A DNA stretch of 64,000 nt from a virus (taxonomy: Duplodnaviria > Caudoviricetes). Each line of letters starts with the position of its first letter. The first letter of the stretch is position 1. This document shows positions 27,601-38,000 of the stretch, in pieces. Under the pieces are notes generated by a model. That model was not told where the DNA came from. It did not search any database and was given only the letters and a program-made list of their open reading frames with translations. Both the position numbers and the translations under genes were made by a program. The stretch spans positions 1 to 64,000 of IMG/VR virus record IMGVR_UViG_3300028832_002790; one strand, given 5' to 3'.

Positions 27601-28020
27601 ATTTGGCATCGGAATAGTACCACTAAGATCGGCGCTTGTATAATAATATATCTCGCCGCTTAGCATCCGGGTGTCGGTCGAATCGCCGCCGCAAAAATTG
27701 TACCAGCACGGGTCCAGCCCCCAAGCATATGTCGTAAACGCCGTAGAAATGATCGTCCATTTACTGGAATCGAACGTTCCTGTGGTCGCCTCTATACATT
27801 TATAGTATGTCGTTTCACCAGAAACAGTACGCTTGCAACAATCCCCGATGCTATATTGCCGGGAAGTGCTATAATTTGGAATGCTATCCCAATCCTGTAC
27901 TTCCGTCGTTATCGGAAGCTTTGGATAAAACCCCAACAACTGCCTATGGTATTTCTCAAAATGTATACTTATGTTAGGTAGCCCCGTATCCGCGCTTACT
28001 GGTTTTATTTTTTCGGCCAT
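21649..28020 (-). CDS. Large tail/baseplate protein with C-terminal NHL-type beta-propeller, 2123 aa
   Basis: KFNYPTDMCIS...VCDTGNKAVKRFS NHL-like repeats; N-terminal YSTSRQYSIGD...KCIEATTGTFDSSKWT carbohydrate-binding-like motif. Confidence 0.65.
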   Translation of the reverse strand: MAEKIKPVSADTGLPNISIHFEKYHRQLLGFYPKLPITTEVQDWDSIPNYSTSRQYSIGDCCKRTVSGETTYYKCIEATTGTFDSSKWTIISTAFTTYAWGLDPCWYNFCGGDSTDTRMLSGEIYYYTSADLSGTIPMPNTCVGQYGYRNRSVYTSLYCDLSPSTNGYLSAVSGLIRSGSFADEPHYLASAYYTPTMTNWSAAVSARALDNAFIYANKTTIQGSDMSPPIWKIKTGNGDATTNCYFDLSGCELSFCLYDTFRNDHCRLAYQYHNADGKRGWQVICSYWNYSKDPSSCEYRLNYTADNDRYFTVAGMNSVNALKPLVKMLTTKTVDTTECIKILSGGLCNASDYVVPATGIPAATFGAISVKKCLFMMNGMTSTYKDRPAGLSTFYDYEDSSYYIKEKAGLSARESVGGNFAITQTQELNSFIPSNRFNYEYYPSGNNDAELGYSDRVTYIGKCVIPPNAKISFAADATPQSATPAELIEIGGDLSFSNYNIFENRDYVTVNEGEESQQDYKVRVNSVSALSVPEWPLIEKSNNFQINGNILSFMDNIDLISDSDSSVTTKLFNSGELYGLQLPTQSEQTPPEYILSVIDNEGNTPVLKSFTPGNITNEGYVQYCIKNSGGTAPDGRIKHRVRNLNEIKELKISEFRESEVLTSDNQTSYQVFWHSVINNQDIYEHIKIGRIDIKTLNTSEVSGVYSNPSTGGYDIVPATDERTGFKCLWVMNTDGGHLDEIIIEGSNTTEGAFNCIYAEQLFETMVGKTAYETAGNKAKLDDFFSHVIAPEGQAPRLSINGYMFSYGTTGIFADINTKNYSSAKPISTTIELEYGEERTEYTIADEISYECELYGKLTGDEYTKLVSMVGQQVADSLKMTLGEGAKSVWYLYIDKTSNDVDPSIKLKILDVKATDEFGENWDDINIRDITESLKRGNGEYGNPTDADMSTVMQYLFDDFEKNYYRIKVRFSLYVDGEGMFVDDTGYRVVLGYAAIDSKGESLTIFDPMANSDTAITRHLPYPNNYDENFSTPSRNSGATFLKRNYHYFAKSNRDDKWRRDLDEEEYGRVYVSMCDDGVTTLLSGKPMYENLFSCVINGDDATISEWAVNHEDESGVYQNTFRVWDIDQYEDRSSAYAAPTITSDRMYYVESENEHFRIELGGQSGKYVNFTRRHGCYVITKKESDFYFKMANDEAIEFWADVQYRIPQGGAQGLYVSVGSADVHDDEIYSFSGNYADSLMQIYDIPVALGDNWCQLYYKGENIINGKYTIIFGSINGTPVDITTDTTPVQISYDNMYGRVESGVDNRRIHVFIQKASDDGKSSDIPNMYYMLETIPFIPSGETYTLVESYYEANGGFDIGFKDFEVPIFKNDIKTIPGELTANQDFYIVNRYKNFGVQPYYTLANDERIISDGHNSIELTSVITDWRVCCKHNDNVVWDTGDKYMKSVFDTAAFMKVTCEEDDAEIGTMTYGEVGYQLDFVGQPNFGMTITVGDVVRKVYYHDYKEGEDTISDSIHPINCLTPIYVTYKKDIVSIDDDIVLVNNTDNTIRDPFTQGYYDKFTVSVFDLGLNWEIPANESEKRFETSFSDAGEYDSAVYADLSTEWKRNDEGLTRIKSIDAPKLTILIRTTYDERVTRVLDGYVLKYPYGLNDILFAPNEWLTADNLNLRFEKIMEDLKYLKYQTKFYLKPPTTYGGYYGDFETVLDGVRQRQYGYVPNGDLEIYRKTNENDSIDDENTILKNCKDMCTDGENNLYASVGSDIVISNTAKYGAELGRIMPHKINEFIESIDRIEYSENTDLLYMLCRKTNKLYIFNSYKFSRRKQAMNISYYGEIGGYGGLTANNKFNYPTDMCISTTDDGVDDIWVCDTGNKAVKRFSIKGQWVSTINLSEIEDNIIGICSDFKNQIHVLTQKLVYTFTRDGELKNIFKLEDEIKIPLMIRPQYQSGFLYILYEHWVAKYSYDGKFVARFAENNNLTYRAIYANSNFDVYISTEKNILRYNDSLVLRELGVTENADKLLWTSEEYRLNKNENVQDAVINTAFQRIYDNIVMYARCIFGKIVELDSENEEERISDLDQSEYQKILDAIHKERIFVGINELVTVDVINRSLKQMYDLLELILQSI

Positions 28021-28024
28021 ATCG

Positions 28025-30505
28025 TTAATCCCATTCTATTCTTATCAGCGAAGAATACGCCGGAGTCAGCTTCTTCAATGCCCTGTTTATCATCTTCTCC
28101 AACACGCTCTTCAGCTTCTCGTCTATCTGTCCGTTTGAATTCTTGTACCCGTTGATGTGCAGGACATACTGCGCCGACTTCGATCCGGGCATCTTGAACT
28201 TGTAGAATCGTTCTATGTCCTCCACCAAATTCCTGACATCCGTCCTGTAATGCCAGCTTAGGTCGTCGCAGGCGAACTTGGACATATAGATGTAGTATAA
28301 ATCCTCCTGCGTAATCGCCCTATCGTAAATCCTGAAATCGTCTATGCTGCCGGAGAACGACTTGTTGCACACGTTTATCTCCTGCATCAGAGAAAACAGC
28401 TTTCCGCATCTTCCGCCTATGATTATGGGGGAATCGTAATAATACTTCGTGGATTGCAGATTGGCACCACCGATATTGGAAATGAATCCGTCGATCTCCT
28501 TCTTTCCTGCCTCGATACAATCGAAATAGAACGAAATCTCGTACTTGTTTCCGCCTATTCTCTTGACAATCGCCGCCATTTGATGCCAATCGAAATTGGA
28601 AACCTCCGACAGCGGCTTCGTAATCACGTTGTGTCCGTCCTTTCCGAACAAATCGAAATACACGCAATTCGTGGAATCCTTGTTCATCCGGTAATAATCG
28701 TACATCGTCAACTTGCGCTTGTTCTTCGGGTGGACATAGAATCTGGAGGTGTCGTACTCGTCCACATACTCTCCGTTCGTACCATATACGTAGATGCACT
28801 GCTTGTCTTCGCTGAGGATCAAAAGATGATCGACATTCTTGTCCAATATGTTCCTGTTCACAATGTCTATCATCGTCGGGTTGATCCCGGCCTTGATCTT
28901 GAATTCGAATGTCTTTCTGTAATGGTGGGAGACGACCTTCCACACCTCCACCAAATCCTTCTTCAGCACATACGCAACGTTGTTGTAGTCGACGGCTATG
29001 GATATCGTATCGCTGGATTCGCTGTATCTATAATACTTCAGATTCTTGTCCGTTTCCTCGTCGCCGAAATTAAATCCGTCGTTCGTGTCGTCGCCGTTCT
29101 CGGCCACCCAGACGCTTCTTCTGTCATAGACAAAGTGCTGCTTTTCTATCTTGACTATCGGAACGATCGTCTCCTCGGAAATACCGCATGTGACATATGT
29201 CATATCGTAGCGATTTATCTTATAGCACTTCCATGCTCCTGCGGTTCCATTCGTTCTTCCGTAAGCATACAGATAATAGCCGTTTTCGTCGTTTCCGAGA
29301 TCAAGATACTGCAAATTTGCCGATATCTCGATCTCTCCCAGCAAGTTTCCGTTGTAATCTACCTTGTAAATCTTGGCTTTGGTGCCATCACAATCCAAAA
29401 TATAGCTATACAGATCTATGTCTACGAGCATATCCAACAGATGGGTATTGTCTCTAGCCTTCCAAAACGCCTTTGTCGATACCAATTGACCCATATTGTT
29501 GTACAGGCCCATCGTTCCATCCTGAAGGGGGTTGTTCTCGTCGTTGCCGAAAGTGAAAATAAAACTGTTCTTCGACCTATTGGTGATTCCGAACTTCCAT
29601 CCGCCAACATAAAGATTGTCCACTATGCTGTACGATGTGCAATTCTCCCAGTCGTTGCATTTGACCCAGAAGCATATAGAATACTCGTCTTGGGTCATTT
29701 TGCGCTTTTCGTTGTCGAACGGCACCACGATCAGCTGGTTCTTTCCGTTGAACGTCACGGCGTAATCGTCGTCGTCGAAATCGTTGCTGACACGATAATT
29801 GTAAAACGAAGTTTCGGACGGATTGAGATAATTAATCTGCCCGTTGTCGTTGTCGTTCTTCCAATCGGTAAGATGCAGCTTTAGGCAGTCTCCCACGGAT
29901 ATGGAGCTGGCGATATCCTGTATGGTCTTTTCGCCGACTCTCCAATACTTGTAGTATGCGCCATAATCGAACGACATCTCGGACTCGACATCGTATACTC
30001 CGTATTCCTTGTTCTCCTCTCCCTCGGCGGCCGCTTCGTCGGCCTTCTTCGGGTCAAACCACCTATCCATCCACTTCGGCTCTATCTCCGGGTTTAAAAC
30101 ATCGCCGGACAGCCATGTACAAAGCCAAGTGCCGTTGGAAAGCCGCTCGTCCTGAGCCCTTCCGTATGGGGACGAATCTTCGTAATTATACCTTAATTTG
30201 TAAATTCTGTCCGCCTTGTACGGGCAAGAACCATAGGTAGCGCCGTCGCTGATGATCGTCGTGTTCTTTATGTCCAAATATTTGTTGGACGCGCTTCCGA
30301 CATCCTTCATCGGGAAGTGAAAATAGGTAAAAGCGTCTTTTGTAAGGACAATATCCTCCAAATCCGAGGTATATCCCAGCTTGATGGAATCCCCAATCGG
30401 GTCTTCCACCTTGCTGTTTACGTACAAATTCGTGTAATCACGAAGATTTACGCTCTTTTTTCCTGTCCAGCTGGTATCATACGGGTTTGAATCATGAGAA
30501 CTCAT
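28025..30505 (-). CDS. LamG/concanavalin-A-like domain structural protein
   Basis: YSICFWVK, WHQMAAIV, IIIGGR...FSGSIDDFRIYDRAIT. Confidence 0.75.
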   Translation of the reverse strand: MSSHDSNPYDTSWTGKKSVNLRDYTNLYVNSKVEDPIGDSIKLGYTSDLEDIVLTKDAFTYFHFPMKDVGSASNKYLDIKNTTIISDGATYGSCPYKADRIYKLRYNYEDSSPYGRAQDERLSNGTWLCTWLSGDVLNPEIEPKWMDRWFDPKKADEAAAEGEENKEYGVYDVESEMSFDYGAYYKYWRVGEKTIQDIASSISVGDCLKLHLTDWKNDNDNGQINYLNPSETSFYNYRVSNDFDDDDYAVTFNGKNQLIVVPFDNEKRKMTQDEYSICFWVKCNDWENCTSYSIVDNLYVGGWKFGITNRSKNSFIFTFGNDENNPLQDGTMGLYNNMGQLVSTKAFWKARDNTHLLDMLVDIDLYSYILDCDGTKAKIYKVDYNGNLLGEIEISANLQYLDLGNDENGYYLYAYGRTNGTAGAWKCYKINRYDMTYVTCGISEETIVPIVKIEKQHFVYDRRSVWVAENGDDTNDGFNFGDEETDKNLKYYRYSESSDTISIAVDYNNVAYVLKKDLVEVWKVVSHHYRKTFEFKIKAGINPTMIDIVNRNILDKNVDHLLILSEDKQCIYVYGTNGEYVDEYDTSRFYVHPKNKRKLTMYDYYRMNKDSTNCVYFDLFGKDGHNVITKPLSEVSNFDWHQMAAIVKRIGGNKYEISFYFDCIEAGKKEIDGFISNIGGANLQSTKYYYDSPIIIGGRCGKLFSLMQEINVCNKSFSGSIDDFRIYDRAITQEDLYYIYMSKFACDDLSWHYRTDVRNLVEDIERFYKFKMPGSKSAQYVLHINGYKNSNGQIDEKLKSVLEKMINRALKKLTPAYSSLIRIEWD

Positions 30506-30573
30506 CTACATATCGACCTTTATGATATTTATTTCCACAAAACCATATATCCAGCCGAAATATAGAAGAGATT

Positions 30574-33500
30574 CTACGACTCTTCAGAGGTTTCTTCGTT
30601 GAAAACGCGATTTACGTACAGTCTGGTGTCCTCGGGCTTCGTATTCTGGAAAACCATATTGACTTCATAGGTCTGATCGGTTCTGATATCGACCATTTCC
30701 ATCATTCCCTCTTCCTTCTTGAACTCTGGGAGGCCGCCGCCGGACGGAAGAACGTGGTAGACCGCGCTTACACAGGTATTGGTATTTTCAGCGTATGCCG
30801 AACAAGACACGAAATACCCGCCCGGATGATCGTCGAAGGATGTTCTCCTGTATGTGTGGTCGACTCTCCAGTCCTTGGCCAGTTTTCTCAGATAAGACTG
30901 CTTGTTTGCGCCAATCAAATAGCCATCGCACGGGGTGGAGGCGTCGGAAAACGGACGGAGATAGGCCGATGTTGTCGGTGTTCTGTATTGAACCAGCTTT
31001 CTCTTCGTCGTTATCTTGTTATCCTTGACATCCTTGTTGTTCTGATAGAACCCTTCCGTAGATATGGAAATCGTGTCTTTGCCTCGTCCGCTGTATTCTG
31101 TTGTCGGATCTCCATAGTCGAAGTCCCAGTCCATTCTGCTTATCGGATATGAACCGGCCTTTACATCGGCCTGCATACCGTAGACAACCGTCGGGAAGTC
31201 TTTGGTGATGTAATCGTATTTCATTTCGAATACATCGCTTCTTCCATTATATGGCTCTCCCGTTATCTGAGGCGGTAGTTCCACCACCAACACGCAGCAG
31301 GAAGACGTACATCTACGAAGAGTCTCCTCGACACAATCCTCGTAGTCGCCGACGGTGGGCATAAATCTGCGAATCGTCTCGGTATCGAATTCCGGTGAAA
31401 TTCCTATGGAATACAACCCCGGCATCGTATAAACATGATCGCCAGACACGATTCCGGTGGGATTAAGTCTTCCTGCGTTGGCATCGGTTATCTCCCCTGC
31501 GCGTTCCCAAGTCGGCCACCCGCCAACCAGATCCTTGCCGAAGTAGGTATGATCTTTTGCCATATAGTCGGTAAACCAATCGCCCCAATCCATCATACCA
31601 CCGGAGACGGGAAGCGATCTGGAAGAAAGATGGCCGCTGGCCGCAACATGCATAAACGGAGCATAGCCAGAAACGGCAACCTGCTTGACCATCTTACCGG
31701 AATCGTCCATATGCACAACATAGCAGTTATATCCAACTTCTGCGGTGGATGAAGCGAGGTTTGAACTCTCGCACGAATAATCATCCGCAGTAATCGTAAT
31801 AAACTTGTCGTGAGCCGCGTTTGCACCAAACACCCTGAACCCGCTAACGCACGGACATACCGGAAGAACATTGATATAACAACCTTCGATTCTCTCCTTT
31901 TGTGCATCCGAGCTTACGGTGCGCTCCTTGAACGGAACGTCGTCGGCGTCCATTCCCTGTAAGGTTTTTTCGCTCGAACAGGTCATTGTGGCGTAATATA
32001 CGCCCGGCCCCTTGTAAACATGCATTATGCTGTCTCTGAAATCAAGAGACTCGTATTCACAAAGATTTCTTCCGCACTGATCGGGCAGAATTGCCCCCTT
32101 TACGGTAGCGGATATATTGACCGGACTGCTGTATGTCGTGTTCGGTATGTATCTGACTCTCTTCTGCTTGCCTTCGCCGGGGACGACATCGCCGAACCCG
32201 TATCCGTTGAGGGTTCCAGCCACGGTAGACATAAAAATGCCGGTAAAATGGCTGTCGCCGGTCGTCATGCTCGGAGAATAATGATAGCTTTCCCCATTAC
32301 CGCCGTCATAGAAGTCGAGCTTCATCGTACACGCATCCAGACGACCCCAGAATCCGGTGACAATGGTCTTGAATTCGTTGTCGTTGGTGCTCGTCATATC
32401 ACACAAATATTTGTCGCTGGGTAATCTAAAGGCAGATATATTGGCAACTACTCCATCATCGTATGATATCGTAGCGTTTTTTGCGTCCTCGTATGCCGTA
32501 ATTCCTCTGGTATCACAGCCGAAAATCACAGAATCGCCAAAATCCCATCTCCAATACCCCGTGGGGAACGATCTCGTGACGCTCATATCACGAAATACCA
32601 CCGGCAGCGGATCGTATCCGACTATGCACATTTCGGCGTCGCCGCTCGGTGCCGCTTCCTTTCTCCAGACGGCATATAGTTCGAACACCTTATTTCTCTT
32701 TACGAGATATTCATACGGCAAAAATATGTCGCCGTCCTTATAAACGATATGCGAAGAATATGGATATCTGGCCCATCCAACAAAAAGATATCCGGGATGG
32801 ACGAACGGGCACGGATTTAATTTTCCCTCCTCCCCTATATTAAAATATTGTTCTTTGCAGTTCGGATCGTATTCGTCCCCCTGCTCGCCGTTTTCGTCGA
32901 ACACGAAGTCGAAAAACTTTACCGTTACCTGTTCGCCCAACCAAGATGGTACAACGAACACGTCGCCGAATCTCGTGATTTTTACTGTGTTAGTTTCAAA
33001 TTTTTGCGGATGGTTCCATTCTTTCAACCCGTCGTTCCAACTAACCTCCATATCCAAATCCGAACCGACCACATTCAAGGATGTCAAACTATACCCTGTT
33101 CTTTCGGCCAGAAACGCGGGAACCTTAAATGTGGCCAAACCGGTAACAGGGTTGCTTTCCATATCCCATTCGATCGGAATTGAATATTCGCCTCCGTCGA
33201 ACCATTCCAAATATACTCTATACTCCTTCCACTTCGAACGCATCCAATAGAATATGTCGCTGACGAGTCCGCTGGGCGGCTCCTCCGCCGTAGTGGTGTA
33301 TGTTATCGTGGCCGACGCTTTTTCTATCGCTTCGCCGGAGACATAATTTACGTCGAACCCCGTTTCTATCCATTCGTCGTATTCCGGTTCGCCGGATTCG
33401 AAATATCCGTGCTCGTAGCTGCTGCACATATTCCAGTTGGCGAAATCGCTGGCCGTTGGCGGCTTTGTTTCAAGAATCGCATCGTCGCATCCCTTAAGAT

Positions 33501-33774
33501 ACTCCGCGTTTCTATCAAGATTGAATTTCTGATCTATCGTATAGACGACCTCGTAGCTGGATGTCGGTTCCTCGTCTTCCTCTGTTTGTTCGTCCTCGGT
33601 AACGAGAACGATGGAATAACTACCGTCTATGGAACTTACAACAGGCGTAGCCGTTCCGATGTCAACATCGGGGGTATACAAAATATGAAATTGATTCAAA
33701 TCGGCCGAAACCGTGATTTCGGTCGGCTCTTCCTCGGCTTCTCTTTTTATCTTCTTTCTAGCCATTTTTATCAA
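30574..33774 (-). CDS. PKD-domain and InlB B-repeat-like structural protein
   Basis: WRWDFGD, HVYKGPGVY, HVYTMPGLY, MDWDFDYGD; PGYLFVGWA...LYAVW. Confidence 0.7.
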   Translation of the reverse strand: MIKMARKKIKREAEEEPTEITVSADLNQFHILYTPDVDIGTATPVVSSIDGSYSIVLVTEDEQTEEDEEPTSSYEVVYTIDQKFNLDRNAEYLKGCDDAILETKPPTASDFANWNMCSSYEHGYFESGEPEYDEWIETGFDVNYVSGEAIEKASATITYTTTAEEPPSGLVSDIFYWMRSKWKEYRVYLEWFDGGEYSIPIEWDMESNPVTGLATFKVPAFLAERTGYSLTSLNVVGSDLDMEVSWNDGLKEWNHPQKFETNTVKITRFGDVFVVPSWLGEQVTVKFFDFVFDENGEQGDEYDPNCKEQYFNIGEEGKLNPCPFVHPGYLFVGWARYPYSSHIVYKDGDIFLPYEYLVKRNKVFELYAVWRKEAAPSGDAEMCIVGYDPLPVVFRDMSVTRSFPTGYWRWDFGDSVIFGCDTRGITAYEDAKNATISYDDGVVANISAFRLPSDKYLCDMTSTNDNEFKTIVTGFWGRLDACTMKLDFYDGGNGESYHYSPSMTTGDSHFTGIFMSTVAGTLNGYGFGDVVPGEGKQKRVRYIPNTTYSSPVNISATVKGAILPDQCGRNLCEYESLDFRDSIMHVYKGPGVYYATMTCSSEKTLQGMDADDVPFKERTVSSDAQKERIEGCYINVLPVCPCVSGFRVFGANAAHDKFITITADDYSCESSNLASSTAEVGYNCYVVHMDDSGKMVKQVAVSGYAPFMHVAASGHLSSRSLPVSGGMMDWGDWFTDYMAKDHTYFGKDLVGGWPTWERAGEITDANAGRLNPTGIVSGDHVYTMPGLYSIGISPEFDTETIRRFMPTVGDYEDCVEETLRRCTSSCCVLVVELPPQITGEPYNGRSDVFEMKYDYITKDFPTVVYGMQADVKAGSYPISRMDWDFDYGDPTTEYSGRGKDTISISTEGFYQNNKDVKDNKITTKRKLVQYRTPTTSAYLRPFSDASTPCDGYLIGANKQSYLRKLAKDWRVDHTYRRTSFDDHPGGYFVSCSAYAENTNTCVSAVYHVLPSGGGLPEFKKEEGMMEMVDIRTDQTYEVNMVFQNTKPEDTRLYVNRVFNEETSEES

Positions 33775-35017
33775 TCTCCTTGGTCGTGTATGTATAGCCG
33801 GGGGTCATGACATTCTTCAATTCGGCAAAATTCAATTTCATGGATTCCCTGTTCATTACGGCCTTGTACGGGCATTCGTACACCACGGACGGCTTCACGT
33901 CCTCGATGATCTTGTCCGGTGTGACGTCGCTGTTGAAGAACTTGTTAAAGAACTCGTTGTAGTACTTCACCCAGCGGATTTTTCCATCATATCCGATCAT
34001 AAAATATCTATCGTTGTCGTCGAAAAACGTAGCCTTGAACAAATAGTTGTTTCCGACGCGGGTCAGTGTGTCCACGCCGTTGTATTTGTCGTTGTGGGCG
34101 TTTCCGTTGACCTTTACCATATTGATGAACGGAACGCGGCTTTCGTATATTCCGATCGGATATCCTTCCTCCCAGTTCGGTAGCTTCAAATCCGACGAAT
34201 CGGCGTCATATAACGACCAAAACCTCTTTACGCGATAGTCCTTGGCATTGATCTTTCTGCCAACGGTCCTTTGGATGTTTGTATTGAGCACCGTGCTGCC
34301 GCCGGACCAACAGCTATAGCCAGTCTCGACTTCTTGTGCCTTGTGATTGGCCGTGGAAGACGCAACCGTTTCGTCAATGTTTTCAACGACATCGCACACA
34401 GACCATGGATCCTTCAACATGCTGTGCATCGTAATTCGGTTTGTTCCGGGTATCTGGTACAAATCGAAGTGTTGCGTGCCTCCGCCGTCGCCCACGATCA
34501 AATCGCTCATAACCAAATCGTATCGATTCATATGGGTCTTGACCGTCGCATACTTCGTCCCCTGCGCTATGATGAACGATGTCGTGTCGTTTGAAGCCTG
34601 ACTGCGATAGATCTTGAACATGTTCTTCTCTGTAAGCTTTTCGGACGGTGCCGTAATCGCATACAGGCGGCCTTCCACGTTCCTGACAAAATTTCCGTTA
34701 GGCGCAAGAAGAGGGGTGAACAGAACCAAATCGGTCGTGTCTATGTCGTCCGTGACGACGATCTTGGAAAAATCCAAGTTGCTTATAAGACCCAAGAAAG
34801 TATGGTTCGCAAAAGCCTCGTCGTCGGCGTTCGAAAAAGACTCGTGCCTCGTGAAGCTGTATCCTTTTCCGTCCGGCCCTATGTAATCGTACTTCTCCGG
34901 TTTGTACGAGAATTTGCTTCTGCGGGATTCCTCCGATGACGCCGGTGCCGGATTATCGAATTCATATTCGGCCGACACCGAACTCATAACTAGATTCTTT
35001 TCGTTATCGTTGCTCAT
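33758..35017 (-). CDS. Hypothetical structural protein
   Basis: 419 aa, translationally coupled within the structural operon. Confidence 0.6.
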   Translation of the reverse strand: MSNDNEKNLVMSSVSAEYEFDNPAPASSEESRRSKFSYKPEKYDYIGPDGKGYSFTRHESFSNADDEAFANHTFLGLISNLDFSKIVVTDDIDTTDLVLFTPLLAPNGNFVRNVEGRLYAITAPSEKLTEKNMFKIYRSQASNDTTSFIIAQGTKYATVKTHMNRYDLVMSDLIVGDGGGTQHFDLYQIPGTNRITMHSMLKDPWSVCDVVENIDETVASSTANHKAQEVETGYSCWSGGSTVLNTNIQRTVGRKINAKDYRVKRFWSLYDADSSDLKLPNWEEGYPIGIYESRVPFINMVKVNGNAHNDKYNGVDTLTRVGNNYLFKATFFDDNDRYFMIGYDGKIRWVKYYNEFFNKFFNSDVTPDKIIEDVKPSVVYECPYKAVMNRESMKLNFAELKNVMTPGYTYTTKEIDKNG

Positions 35018-38000
35018 TTATTGACATCCGCCTTTGTTTTTCTTGCTCTCTTCGCTGTCTTCTTTTTCGCCTTCGCAGATCTTGACTGGTCGCCTAGATC
35101 GTTTTCGCATTCGCCCCAGAAAGATTTTCCTACCAAATCGTAGTCCGTCTTCGTGTCCGTGTATTCGCTGGTTCCGATTCCTCTTATGCAGAACTTGTTT
35201 GTCGGCCAGCGTTCGAACACGTGAGTGGTATGATGACCGACGTGTATCGTCTCGTATGTATCGGACCCAATATGTACGCCCAAGTTGTATACGCTCGGGT
35301 TGTAATCTATGTACAAGTCCACATAATATTCATACGGATGATATTCATTCGATATCGGAATCTGGTTGAGAGGCGCATACGGGGGAACCATTCCGATATA
35401 GTTCGGTGTCAGCCAGACACCTTCCTTATAATTGTCTATTACCCTCTCTGGAAAGAGAATATCTCCCTCTTCATCGGTTATGTCATCGAAACTATGCTTT
35501 CTGGTACTTACTCCCACAAGATTCGGGTCGTTATACTCATATCTGTGGAATATCAATCGACGATAATTTCTTTCGATATCGTAGATATAATGAGTCGTAC
35601 TCAAATCGTCATAGCCGGAAGCTGACCAGTCGTCGTTGAATATCGATGTGTGGGCGTCCCAATACCCGGAACCGTCGTTTACATCGCACACCAAGTCGTT
35701 CGACATGCTGTATGCCTCGGAAATTCTAGACTTGGCCGTAGGTGTCATCGGGACGGGGTGTATAATATCAGGCCCAATCTCGACTTCGTTCTTCTGCAAC
35801 AGGCAGCTCATGCCAAAATTGTCCGAATTGAACTCGTTGGCCATATTGCCGTCCACGACATAATTTTTATTGACGGTGCCGTTTGGATCGTGCCTCATCG
35901 CGTTCCAGCCAGATCTGCTATCGGTATAATAATGCGATCTGTTGTTCACGCCAAACAGCTTTTTCTGCTTCCAGACATTCTTTCCGTCTTCGTCGACATT
36001 GAACGGGGTCGCGCTATAAACATATGCGTTGTTCCCAAGATTGTTCTTCGTCAACGGAAAACTTCCGCTGTTCAGCAGTCTGGTCGCCTCGTTATAAACC
36101 GAATTTGTTATGCCACCCTCTCCGTTTTTGATCCCGTTCGGATACTTGTCCGGCTTTGCGTCATAATAGGCACCGTTCTGTGCATACTTGTTCAAATACA
36201 CAAGACTGGTTTCAAAGCTGAAATTGTTGTTCTCGTAAGGATACAATCCCTTGTTGCCCTTCTTCGGATCGTACAAATACTTTTCGTTCTTGTTTCTCGT
36301 ATCGAGAAGCTGGAACTTGCCCAGATATCTGTTCGATGTATACCACAGATTGTTATCGCTGTCTACCGCGACATGGTAAGGATATCCGTTCAGATTCGAA
36401 GCCGTTCCTGTTACATACACCGCATTTCCAGAATCTTGGTCGTCCGGCATATTGTTTGTCGTTTTGTACGGGCTGTCGGCGGAGACATAATTCAACCTAT
36501 GGCCGGTCGCTTTGTGCTGATTGGTGCTCGGTGTATAATCTGCCTCTCTATCATACGGAAGAATGCCGATCTTTCCTTCTCTTCTGTCGGCGAATACCAT
36601 TTCGTACTTTATTCGCTTCGATTCGTTCGGAGTTCCGTAATACTCTATGTCGTTCTGTGAAATGACCATTCTGCCATCAGATGGCATTCTGCAACAAATG
36701 CTTCCAATGGACATCGGAAGGTTGTTCTTATATTGCCCCGGTTCGCATAACGTCTTTTCCACACCGGGTTCGGTAGGACAGGTGAACGTACCATCAAGAA
36801 ATATGCTTCTTAAATCCGAATTGCCCGATGTGTGATCCACCACATTGAACGGTGCCGGTTTGGAAACATTATAGTCGGCGTTTGACTTTTCTCCTTCGTT
36901 TGGCGTGTTATTGACCGTATCCTTGTATTTTCCGACCAATGTATAAGGATATCCGGCGAAGCCGAACGAATGGCTATCTCGGTTTCTTGATGGACGCCAT
37001 CTGGTAGTGGTGGTAAAATAATTCTTTCCGGTGGAAGGCGTATTCGATGCGCTTATTGCTCTTCTATAGTTCGTATTGTTGGTGGCGGTCGACGATATGT
37101 TCTGCATATCTTCAAACTGCCCGTTCGTATCATATAGATTCTCGTTTTGCGTACAGCCGTAGAAATAATTCAAATCCTGAAGCATCGAATTTCTTGTAAT
37201 TTCAAACTCGGGAATATCGTCCTCGATTGCAATTATTTCGATGTGCGTATTGTGAATGATATCGGATGGTGCGTCAGCCGCTCCGCCCGGTGCTCCGTTA
37301 GCCATTCCGATATATTTCGCCCATGGGTATTTCTTCAACGACTCTTCCGTTATTTTGGTGCCGTACCCAAAGCCTTCCGCTCGAATGTCTCCGCCGCTCG
37401 CCGCAGCTGGCGGGCGATGGTTGGAATTCCATCTGTCAATCGTCCAGTTGATGTGATGGACGGCTCTCGCCTTTGTGGCCCACACAAATTTGCACCCCGG
37501 CATGTCCCACATGACATGATCCATAGTTCTGTGCTCGGGGGTCGCGCACCAGTCCCACATAGCCACCGCATCGACCAACGTCTTATTTCTTTCTCTTTGA
37601 TCTCTATTTAAATTGTACCCATAGTGCTGCGACGCATGATTCGGCTGATTCTCGCTCAATATAGCATTGGACGAATGTCCTACAACTGTCCCCGTTACTG
37701 CTCTTTGGTGCATAACAGAACTGGTTTCCCAATATCCGCCGGATACGGGTGCGACAAGATTCTCGTATACGGCTTTTCCCATAATTGCATATGCGTGACT
37801 ATTGCTAGTGTCGCCGTTTACAAACTGTGTGCCGTTCGTTCTACAAAGTCTTCCCGGTCTGACTCTTATTTTAATAGGATTACCGGCGGACTTTCTTTTT
37901 ACTGAGCTAACTGTTAGCGGGGTGTGTCCGTTTACCCATACCTGACCGTTGATTCCAAATCCGATTCCGTATATATTGTTTCTGTTTGCGGGCGTCTGAA

